From assembly GCF_030684315.1 (NCBI RefSeq), contig NC_081363.1:69052517-69116516 (forward strand): a DNA stretch of 64,000 nucleotides, given 5' to 3'. Each line of letters begins with the position of its first letter. Positions within the stretch are counted from its first letter, which is position 1. This DNA comes from Stegostoma tigrinum (Eukaryota). Below, piece after piece: positions 48,175 through 60,100 of the stretch. The notes beneath the pieces were generated by a model. The model did not search any database. It had not been told where the DNA came from and saw nothing but the letters and a program-made list of their open reading frames with translations. A program made the translations under genes and the position numbers.

Positions 48175-51100
48175 TTACTTGCGGTGGGTTTTTTGTTGTA
48201 CAGTCTTAAGCTGGTGTGACTTCAGCCAGTCCCTACAAATTTTTGGTATGAGTTCATCCTCAGCTCTTTCAGCAGCCTCTAGCACTTCCTGTACATTGCG
48301 CACTGCCTGCATTTGTTCCAGCTTCACAGCAACCAAGTAGGCAGAGCGATATTTACGACACAACAGGAAGGCTCTAATCTGTGGATACATTCAAAACACC
48401 ATGTTACAAGATATCTTCTGTAAAGTGCAGATCAAAACTTTCTAGAAATTACACACAGTCTTCTCCAAAGCACAGAAGTAGTTATATCAGGTAAAGCTCA
48501 TCAATTTCAGTTGCTGCCTTTCTTCCATATTTTGTAGTATTAAGATTTCTGAAAAACTTCACAGAACATATGTAATTGGAGTACCACACAGAACATGATT
48601 TGTCAATGTTCCAAGTAGTAAAGGGTTTTTCTCAGAGGTATAATCCACACATAATTATAATTAATAGTGAGGAATTATTTCCAAAAGGAGAGAAAACCTC
48701 TGGGATCTTTACTTCAACTACATTTTCAAACTCAAGCCGACTGAGCTTTGCACAATGACACAGTTCTCAATATAACCTCAATCTGTGATCATAACTATGG
48801 TTGTTGTGGCTCCCCTTGGCCTTTAAAATCTCTACACTTCAAATGGTGACTGGATAAATTTGCTGAACTAAGAGTTTACCCACCTTCTAACTTTGAAATC
48901 TTTCACTGGGAGTTTAGAAATATTTTTACTATGTGACCTAAAAAGTTTCAGCTTATTTCATCCTTGCTTACCTTAGTTTCATCTTTCTTCATTTCAAGAA
49001 TCAGTTTCTCCAGATCTTTTGACTGCAAAAATGAATTAATTCATCAATCTGTTGAAATATTACTGCAAGCAATTTACCTATTCAATTCTCCACGGTAGGT
49101 CCAAAATCATGCAATTTGTGGCATTCTTCAACAAGAACATACTTGATAGTGAATCACTCAATACAGGAATAATTGGTTCTGAGAGACTCCTGTGATTAAC
49201 TTTCTTCAACAAAAGACCAATTAGTGCATGGCTTACAAAAGCTGAGTCCTTTAACAACTGACTTAGAAAAGTACACGTTAACAGGTAACTGACATAGCTG
49301 AGTAATCAGGGAGAGCTTCACAATGACATGTGTAACAGTTATAATCTCAAGATTGGCACCCAAAACTTTAAGGGAGAAATAAAGGGGAATAAAGCAGTTC
49401 ACAATGCGGTACGTTTTATACATTCTTGGTCAAGTATGTCACTCAGCATGAGCTCAGAAAAGAGTAAATAAGATTCATTCCTTTAAAAAGTGGCTGGAAC
49501 TTCTCCTATACAGTGGTAGATGTGAGACATATTCAACAATATTATGATTCAGAACAGCTGGGTCCTGAGTGGATTTCGTTAACCTATGCACATTGTAGAA
49601 GGATAGCAGTGGATAAATATGTATTGCATATACATGATAGAACACTCCAAGCACAGATATCAAAAAGGAAAAGTCTCTTCAGAAACAATATAAAATCAAT
49701 TCAGATTAAATAAAAACTGAACAGTTTCTAATGTCCGTAAACAAATATTTACATGTTTTAAATTTTATAAGTGTTGTGTTGCATGGGGGTTTATTAATTG
49801 TTTTCTGGCATAAAATTCAAAGTATTAAAATAGTTGTATATGACAGAGCAGTGTTCTATAAGGGACAGAAGAAAAACCACCAAAAGATTTGATGAAATGC
49901 ATTTAGTCCTAATTTTATATTATGGACCAGACTAAACCCCCTCAAAAAATATTAAGAAAATTGCTTAGATCCCAACTTTTTCTACTTTTCTTTTAAAGGC
50001 AAGTGTAAGGTGTTGTGTTCCAGATGCAATTCATTCGGTCAAAACTACCAGGCATGCAGCAAAATACACTTTATTCTTGCATTATAGTTAAAATTCTAAA
50101 CAAAAGGGGGAAGAATTGGGATAACAACTCTATTAGAAAACTTAACAGTATAATAGATATTTAACTACTAAACAGTAACAGTTTTAATATAGTAAGATCC
50201 CACAAACACACTCTTAGAAAAGGCAAATTCAGTAAAATAGACTGTCTCATATGCAATTCTCCACTCCAGAAGAGACAGCATTAAGGGAAAACCTAGTGGG
50301 GAGTGAACCCAAGCATTGTTCCGTACCACAGACAGCTGTATAGCAGCTTCCAAACCCCAAAAGCTACTGGAAGTTATACGAAAGTCCTGGGTTCCATGGG
50401 AGCTTGACCCCACCCCTTCATGCTGCTTCTATTCAACATAAAAAAGGCCTACAAGATGTTTACTTTATTTGCTTGGAACATATCACTCTTCACTTCTGTC
50501 TCTACCTCTCTTCATTAAGGAAAAGGACAAAATACACCTCTTAAGACCATAATATCATCACATTTTCTATGTAGATTATACAACAATAAAGTACTCCACA
50601 TTTTGACCTTACACATACATATTCATTGGTTCTACAGGGACTTCAATACAGCCAAATTTCCAACACAAAATTGTTCCATTTAACTAAAATGTTCATAACT
50701 TTTCAGTTTGAGAAAAATAAGTTAAGAATCAAAGCCCATTGGGCAACACAAAACAAGACTTAGAAAGATTTTTGTTTACATTAAGAAATGCTGCAATGAA
50801 CTTCAGCTGTAAAAATCTGAAGACTAGAGAAAAAAATGAATGGCTAAGGCCACAATTTCAGATTTGCAGTATTAGAAACAAGTTACTTTATATTTGTTTT
50901 TCATACATGACAAAGAGCAAAAACATGTGCATGGTAAACCCCATTTAGCAATCTGCCTTGAAGTTAAAAATTAAAAAGATATTTTTTCTCCCAAAATGCG
51001 TTCAGATAGAATGGTCTGAGTTGCGTACTGACATCTAATGGAGAATGTTACCTTAAATTCTAAATGGTGTTCTTGCCCACTAGAGGACCCCATTGCTTTG

Positions 51101-54100
51101 TTACTCTGCAATTTGACTAAAACAAATGTAGCAAATTTTGCAATTTAAAAGATATAGAGCCATTCGAGATCAGCAACATGAGAGTGAAATTCAAAAGCAT
51201 AAGAAAGGGTGCAACTCCAGTAATGTTCAAATGTCTCCGGTGGCTCCATTTAGAAATATCAACATTTTTCAAGGTGCTTTGAGAATGCCATTGCAAACTT
51301 GGGAGTGCTCTGTCCGAACATTCAAAAAAAGTGTAAGTTTCCCAAAGAAATCACATTCCTTAATAGTCTATGTACATGACTGTAATAATGAAATTTATTT
51401 CCAAATTTTGGGATTATGCCTTGAAAGTAAAATGAAGGGGGAGTTATTTAAGTCTTGCCTGATGCTAAGTGGTGTGATCGTTAATGATTAAAGGAGGCCA
51501 AGGTTTATTTGGAAATAAATACAAGAGGTTTACACTTGGAGACAATGTCAACAGCCAATATGCTAAAAATGGTTAGACTAAGGTCCTCCAAAATCCCAGA
51601 AGAGCTGTGAGAAGTCATTTGTGCTTTAAATTAAAGTTTAAATTGGCAATTTAATTCAAAGATGAAGAGGAGTTGGGGTCTAAATTGTAGCTAATCAGCA
51701 TCTCTATCTTAATACAAGGTCCATGTGATTCACATCATGGTGATGGACTTTGAGATGGGAAGGGAACAGAGGAAACTATTGTAATATCTGGTTACAGGCT
51801 TTCACCAAATACCACAGGGACAATTACTCCGCCATGATCTGAGAAAGAGAAAACAGCAAATCTCAAATGATTCATCACATCAGAATGCAAAATGGTTGCT
51901 CACATTTGGATTGAAAAGACCAAAATCATGAGGTATTGAAACAAAGTGGGATAATTCTCTCAGCTTGCATTCGAGAGAATCTCTGCGAACAGTCTCACTG
52001 TGAAAGACTAAATTTCGAGGTAGAAGTAAATGGACCAAGAAATAAAAAGCTCAGAAGTAAACTACTGGGAGTTAAGAATAATTTTGGACTGTTTATGGGA
52101 GAACCGAATGTCTACTTAAGGGCAGTGTAATATACACCTGATGGTGGTTTTTTTTTTTGTTCCGGTAGAGTTCTGCAGTTTAAACTACAAGATGCCGACA
52201 GAAAAGTATTTGGTCAATGGAATTTTTAGTTTGCTTGTTACAATTTGCAACTTAAAACATGACATCTTGTGTTATGTTCAGCTTTTAAGAAATTTGAACT
52301 TCCAGTTATCAGTCTTGTTGGACATCGTAACAATAGCAAAAATATATTAGGTAGTTGATAAATACAGAAAAAAGTGTGTCGAAAAACAAACAATACAGAG
52401 TCTGTAGATACAGCATGGTATGCCCAATCCCAGACAGCTACCTGATCCTGTCAAAAATCTTAAACTCCATGGATCCCAGTTTGAAATCCTAACCTTTAAA
52501 TAGATAACAGATGCTTTATTTTCCAAGAATTCCTTTGTCTAAAGTAAATGATTGTTACTTGAAGTGAACTGAAATTGACAAATATGTTAATTAGAATTAT
52601 GAACAAAGAACATTTTCACTGAAATTTTAATGGCCCGGTTTGATTATATTGTTATTTCCTGGAAAATTTTACCAAACAGAATCAGAGTTGGAAACAGATA
52701 GACTGTATTATGGATCAGGACAAATCTTTTCCTAAAATTGGCTACTTCTTTTATCAGCAGTTAGTATTTTTTTTGTATCTTGTAAAGTGAAAATGACTGG
52801 GAGAATTGTGCACTCTTACAACAAAAACTTTTACATTTAATGCTCACATCAATACTGAAGTCAGTCAAGTCCTGGTTTGATATTGAGCCTGTAGCACTGG
52901 TAGCTGTGATACTCTTAAATATGACCACGGGGAGTGTTTGCTGAACTTCTATGCAATGATCAGTAACTAATGAAAATTAGATTTATACTACCAGGCAGAT
53001 TCCCAACAGGTATGGCATCAAAAAGGCATCTTTTGTAGGATTGTACCTGACATTAAGTGTAGTTGCATTCCTGCCACTTTGTAAAAAACAGAAATTTAAT
53101 GTGGATACAGCAATGAGGCTGCAGCAACATCTTTCAAATCAACTGCAGTCCTTTAGTTTAGGGCATTGTGTGGTGCAAGAACAGATACTGCATCCATGTG
53201 AACTGTATAGAGGAAGAGATACAAGAACACAAGAAATAGGAGGTGGTGTAGACCATATGTCCAGTCAAACCTGCCCCACCATGCAGTATGATCACAGCTG
53301 ACCTTGGGCTCCAACCCCACTTTTTCACTTGCTCTCCAAGACACCAAAAATCTGTCTGTCCTAGCCTTAAATATACTGTACGATGGAGCATCCACAACGC
53401 TCTGGGGTCAATAATTAGAACAACTCAACTCTTTTCTCATATCACTCCTAAACAATCAGCCCTTATTCTTAAGCTAAACCCCCTTGTTCAAGGATCTCCA
53501 GTCAGGGGAAACAAATGTGTTAGTAACTACCCTGTGAAGCTCCTTCATTATCTTGTATGGTTCAACCGGATCACCTCTCATGCTTCCAAACTCCAAAGAA
53601 CACAGACCCAATTTTCTCAACTTCACCATTTGACAACTCTTTTAATCAAGAGAGGTATCATTTTCTTGAGAAACAAATGAGGTACTCTCCTCCACTGGTG
53701 GTTCACTATTAGACTGTTCTCACCTGTGAAAGGTGTTCATCGCCACCTTCAATAAATCGGATAAGGAGGTTATCAGTGTCATCGCCACTAGCTACTCCCG
53801 ATTCACTGACACATTTCAATAACTGTCTGATTTGACAGAACTTGCGATGTTGCAGTAAATGTTTTGCAGTTTTGTCATATACAGCGGCAGCATCCAACTG
53901 AAAGGCCTGGATTAGAAATAAAAATAAAAATAAAATGAAGGAATGCAAAAATATCCTGTTCTTTAAGAATACATAGGAATTTGGAAGTGTATATTCAATT
54001 TAGTCACTAGAAAAAGTTTAAGATGTTAAGACAGATGTGAAACTAGAGTCAGAATGACGAACATGACAAGCAGGGAAATACCACTGAAGTGGAAGAGATT

Positions 54101-57100
54101 TAGCAGAAATGTTTAAAATTGAACAGCTTTGCACAAGGAATAGGGGATGACTATTTCCTCTGACTGGGAAATTTGTGATGAGATGTGAGCAATCTTAGAA
54201 GTGAAACTAAGAGAGGGCACAGTAAAGGTTGAAAATTCCTTTAAAAGAGTTACTGCAGTTTGGTGGGTCTTGGGACAGCGAATACATGAGGCCAAGATCA
54301 TTGAAAATTGAATGGAAAGCAGATACACATATGAGCAGGTTGTGGGGTAAAAGCACAAAAATGTTTAAGCTTTAGCTTGTTTCACCCGCAGGTTAGCACA
54401 GTTGGCACATATCAAGAGACTATAAACATCTACACCTTTCAAGTTCTTCTACATTTGACTATATCTGCTATACACCTCCCCATTCTCATCCAGTTTTATC
54501 CTGCAATGTTTCATAGTCTTTGTCAAGCTTGCTTGTAGCATCCCTTGACCCCATTTGTTCCGCGTACTATTTCCTCAGTTCAAGTCACTTGTGAACTTGT
54601 TAAAAACAGTACTTCAACATGACCCTTACTTACCATATCTTTCCAATCCAATCAACTTTTCTCTTCATTCCCATCCTTTGCATTCTGTCCTAAATATCAT
54701 CCTGTTAACCCAAACATGTTTTTCTTCATATATTTGACATGACATATGACCTTTCCTTTACATCTTCCTATGGATTAGATCCAATTGACTCAAATTTCTC
54801 CAAATCCTCAATAATGTTCTTCTCTGCTATAGACTCTGATAGTCCACCAATGACCAACGTTCCCTTTAAGCCACTTTGGTGTGCAGCATACCACACAATG
54901 CAAACAAGTCACAAACAAAAACACTGGGCCTTTTTCAGTTGCCTGCTGAATAGTTATCACAGAACAAAGTAAAAATGAGTAGGAATATTTTTAATGAGTG
55001 TCCTGGAACATACTGCGTGTTTTTTCCCCCCAAAGTTACAGCCTCCAATATTCCCTCCCCAGCTTCTGAATCCTACCACATTAAGCTCTGCATCTGGGCG
55101 ATTTGATTCTCACAAGTCTGAATAAACTTTTTGATACAATCTTCTGTTGAATGTTGACTGTATTGCAAGGACCTCTGATAACTACAATATCCACCTCTTC
55201 TGGACAAGCACGAGTAAAGTACTTAGCTAATGTAAATTCCAAGCATCACTCTCCACTGCTCGTCTGCCTCCATTATCTGTTAACAGCACTCCTTTGCCTG
55301 CTGTCATACTATGAATGTGCCCTTTTCAAATCTTTAGGGCCCTACATGTCAATTCATTCTTTAATGCTTCAACTTTCCTGTTTTCGCTTTTGGTAAATTT
55401 TCACATTTCTTGATTTGTTTTGGATTTCCTTTTCCTGAATTAAATGTAATTTCCTGTGGTTGGTTGGCTCACTGAACCACAACATCCACAACCCAAGCTA
55501 CAAATCTACTCTAAAACCTTAGATGCACTTTGCTCCAGTTTAAAATTTAATGGTTTCACCACGTCAATCCACTGCACCCAAAAATACATTCATGCTCTTT
55601 TGTAGAACAATATTTTTAAAGCAGCTGCTTTTTCCTCTACTCCACTGCTAAAGGTGTTGGCCAATACTGAGTTAAGCTGTCTTAGCTTGAGCAATTTCAC
55701 CCTAGGGCAGATTGTTTTAATGTAGATCTAGACTTGTGGTTATGGCAGTAAAACTCCACTTTATCTCATTCTTCCACCTGCTCAGCAATTTGGACTGATT
55801 GCAGCATCCTACCATCTGCCCGGCTGAGATTAGATCAAACAACTCAAGAGAACAGGGGTCAAAGCTGGAACATTCACAGCTGGACAGATCAGGTCATCGA
55901 GGGAGCTACAAAAGCAAAATACTCTAAGATCTGAAACAGAAACAGAAAATGCTCAACATTCACAGGAAGCCTGGCAGCATCTGCAGAGTCAGAAAAAGAA
56001 TGGAAGACCATAGGGATTGGCAATGAGACAAGCAAAGTGGCAAATGGTGTGTTGACGGTGTTGCATAAGGGTCTGAAAGGGTTAATATTAAGGAATGCTA
56101 CAGCACCTTCCATTATGATGATATCATATGAACTTGGTGGGGGAACAGCTTAGGATCTCAAAACGGTCTTCCTCAGATATTGCAACAATGCTTAATCCAT
56201 CAATGTAATTTCCAGTTAGTTGTTAACATACTTGTTTAAAACAAGAGCTTCTTCTTGTTGGACCAGCAAGTTTTTTTTTTCTCACCACACCAGACAAAGC
56301 AGACTGTGTACATCCCTACACTAAAAATGGATGGATGGTGGCAGCATACCTACTCCACAGTGAGCAATAGTGCAGACAGTCTCTTACAACATGGAGATCA
56401 GTGATGAGGACTGCTCATACAACATACAGGGGATAGGAATTGTAGGATCCTGAATACTGCATTCAAAGCCAAGAAAATGACAGAAATGGAGCAAAAAGCC
56501 AAACCAGCAAAGATAAACAAAATGAAATGGAGACACAAGTTATGATCTGGAACTGCTGAACTCATTGCAGAATGCTCTAAAATTACAGGGGCGGGGGGGG
56601 GGTAATATTTTCATTACCTGAATAACTCTGAAAGAGATTCCAAAACCTTCTTCAATATTTTTGCCTCCAAGCAGAACCTGCAGGACAGAACATGAATTTC
56701 TGCATTATTTCTTTGACAACTAGATCAATTCAATGTGCTCCTGTGAATAACGTTTCAAAGGGCAAGGCAATGGTCTCATGTAGACTATTAATCCAGAGAC
56801 CCAGATAATATTCTGGGGACCCAGGTAGGAATCCGGCCATGGCAGATGGTGGAATTTGAATTCGATAAAACAAGAGAGTCTGGAATTAAGAGTCTACTGA
56901 TGATCAGCAAAAGCCCATCTGATTCACTAATATCCTTCAGGGAGGGAAATCTGCCATCCTCATGAGGTCTGGCCTACAAGTAACTCCAGACCCACAGCAA
57001 TAGGGTTGACTCTCATCTGCCTTCTGAAATGGCCCAGCAAGCCATTCAATTGATTGTACCAATCACTACAAAGTCTCAAAGAAATAAAACTGGACTGATC

Positions 57101-60100
57101 ACCAGGCATCGACCTAGGCGTTGGAAAAGACAACGGCAGAAACAGCCCTGTCACCCTGCAAAGTCCTCCTCACTAACATATGGGGGCTACAGCCAAAACT
57201 GGGACAGCTGTTTCACAGACTAGTTAAGCAACAGCCTGACACAGTCATACTCACAGAATCATACCTTACAATGTCCCAGACACCGCCATCACCATCTCCA
57301 GCACAAGGGGTGGCACAGTAATATACAGCTGGGAGGGTGTTGCTCTGGGAGTCCTTAGCATTGACTCTGGATCCCATGAAGTTTCATGGATTCAAGTTAA
57401 ACATGGGCAAGGAAACCTCCTGCTGATTACAACATACCGCCCTCCCTCAGCTCATGAATCAGTACTCCTCAATGCTGAGCAACACTTGGAGGAAGCAAGG
57501 GTACAAAATGTACTCTGGGTAGGGGGGATTTCAACATCCACCACCAAGAGTGGCTCGGCAACAGTATTACAGATCGAGGTGGTCGGGGTCCTGAAAGACA
57601 GCTGCTCGACTGGATCTGCGGCAGGCAGCGAGGAAACCAACAAGAGGGAAAAGCATACTTAACTTAATCCTTACCAATCTGCCTGCTACAGTTGCATCCG
57701 TCCGTGACCGTATCGGTAAGAATGACCTCGGCACAGTCCTTGTGGAGATGAAGTTCTGCCTTCACATTGAGAATAACCCAACATGTTGTGTGGCATTATC
57801 ACAGTGCTAAGTGAGACAGACTTTGAACAGATCTAGCAACTCAAGTCTGAGCATGCACAAGGCGCCATGGGCCATCAACAGCAGAAGTGTACTCCAGCAC
57901 AATCTGTAACCTCATGGCCCTGGCATACCCCTTACTTAACCATTACCATCAAGCCAGCGGATTAACCCTGGTTTAATGGAGTGTGCAGGAGGCTATGCTG
58001 GGAGTAGCACCAGACATACCTAAAGATGAGGTAACAACCTGGTGAAGCCACCAAAACAGCAAAAGCAGCAAGCTATAGACAGAGCTAAGCAATCCCACAA
58101 TGAACGGATCAGATCTAAGCTCTGCAGCCCTGCCACATCCAGTTGTGACTGGTGGTGGATGATTAAACAACTCACAGGAAGACGAGGCTCCACAAATATC
58201 CCAAACCTCAATGACAGAACGGCTCAGCACATCAGTGCAAAAGATTAAGACTGAAGTTTTCACAGCAATCTTCAGCCAGAAATGCTGCATGAATGATCCA
58301 TCTTGGCCTGCTCCAATGGTCCCCAGCATTACAGACACCAGTCTTCAGCCAATTCGATTCACTTCATGTAACTTCACTTAAGAAAAGGTTGGAGGTACTG
58401 GATACTGCAAAGGCTATAGGCCCTGATGTTATTCCGGCAATAGTACTGAAGACTTGCACTACAGAACTTGCCGCTCCCCTAGCTAATTTCTTCCAGTGTA
58501 GTTACAACACTGGTATCTACCTGACAATATGGAAAATTGCCCAAGTATGTCCAGTACAGAAAATGCAGGAAAAATACAATCCAGCCAATTACCACCCCAA
58601 TCAGTCTACTCTCGATCATCAGTAAAGTGTTGGAAGGTGTGTGATCAACAGCACTATCAAATCGCACATGCTCAGCAATAACCTACTCAGTGACACCCAA
58701 TTTGGGTTCTGCCAGGGCCACTCAGCTCCTGACCTCATTACGTTGGTTCAAACATGGACAAAAGAGCTGAATTCCAGAGGTGAGGTGAGAATGACAGCCT
58801 TTGATATCAAGGCTGCATTTGACTTGAGCGTGGCAACACGGAGCCCTAGCAAAACTGGAATCAGTGGGTATCAGAGTGGCAAACTCTGAGTCGTACCTGA
58901 TATATAGGAAGAAGGTCATGGTTGTCGGAGGTCAGTCATGTCAGCTCTAGGACAATGCTGCATAAGTTCCTCAGGGTAGTGTCCTAGGCCCAAACATCTT
59001 CAGCTGCTTCATCAATGACCTCCCTCCAACATAAGGTCATAAGTAGGGATGTTCATCAATGGCTGCACAATGTTCAGCACGATTTGCAACTCCTCAGACA
59101 TTGAAGCAGTCTGTGTCCAAATGCAACAAGACCTAGATAATATCCAGGCTTGGGCTAACATTCACTAACACACTAATACCAGGCTATGACAACTACCATG
59201 AGACAATCTAATCACCACCCTTGACACTCAATGGTGTTACCAACACTGAATCTCCCACTATCCAACATCCTGGGAATTGTCATTGACCAGAAACTCAACT
59301 GGACTCACCACATAAACACAATGACCTGCTCTTATAGCCAGAGTCTAGGAATACTGCAGCAAGTAACTCACCTCCTGACTCTCCAAAGCCGATTCATCAT
59401 CTACAAGGCACAAGTCAGGAATGTGATGGAGTACTTCCACTCTCCTAGACGAGCGCAGTCCCAACAACACTCAAGAAGCTTGACACCACCCAGGACAAAG
59501 CAGTCCGTTTGAGTGGCACTGCATCCACAAGCATCAACTACCGCCACCATTGACACTCGGTAGCAGCAGTATAGTCTGCAAAAATTCACGAAAGACAGCA
59601 CCTTCCAAACCCACGACTACTTCCATCTAGAAAAACAAGGGCAGCAAATATATGGGAACATCACGACCTTCAAGTGCCCCTCCAACCACTCACCATTCTG
59701 ACTTGGAAATATATCTCTGTTCCTTCACTGTTGCTGGGTCAAAATCCTGGAATCCTTCCCAAATGGCACTGAGTCAATCCAAAGCAGGTGAATTGCAGCA
59801 ACTCAGGAAAGTAGCTCACCACCACCTTCTCAAGGGCAAGTAGGGATGGGCAATAAACAAAAACAGGAAGAACTGCCGATGCTCTAAATTAGGAACAAAA
59901 ATAAATATGCTGGAAAAGTTCAGCAGGTCTGGCAGCATTTGTGAAGGAAAATACAGAACAGTTCTAAGGAAGGGTCATCGGACCCAAAACGATAACTCAC
60001 TTCTTTCCTTCACAGATGCTGCCAGGCTTGCTGAGATTTTCCAGAAACTTTGTTTTTGTTCCTGTTGGGCAACAAATGCTGACCAGCCAACAAAGCCCAC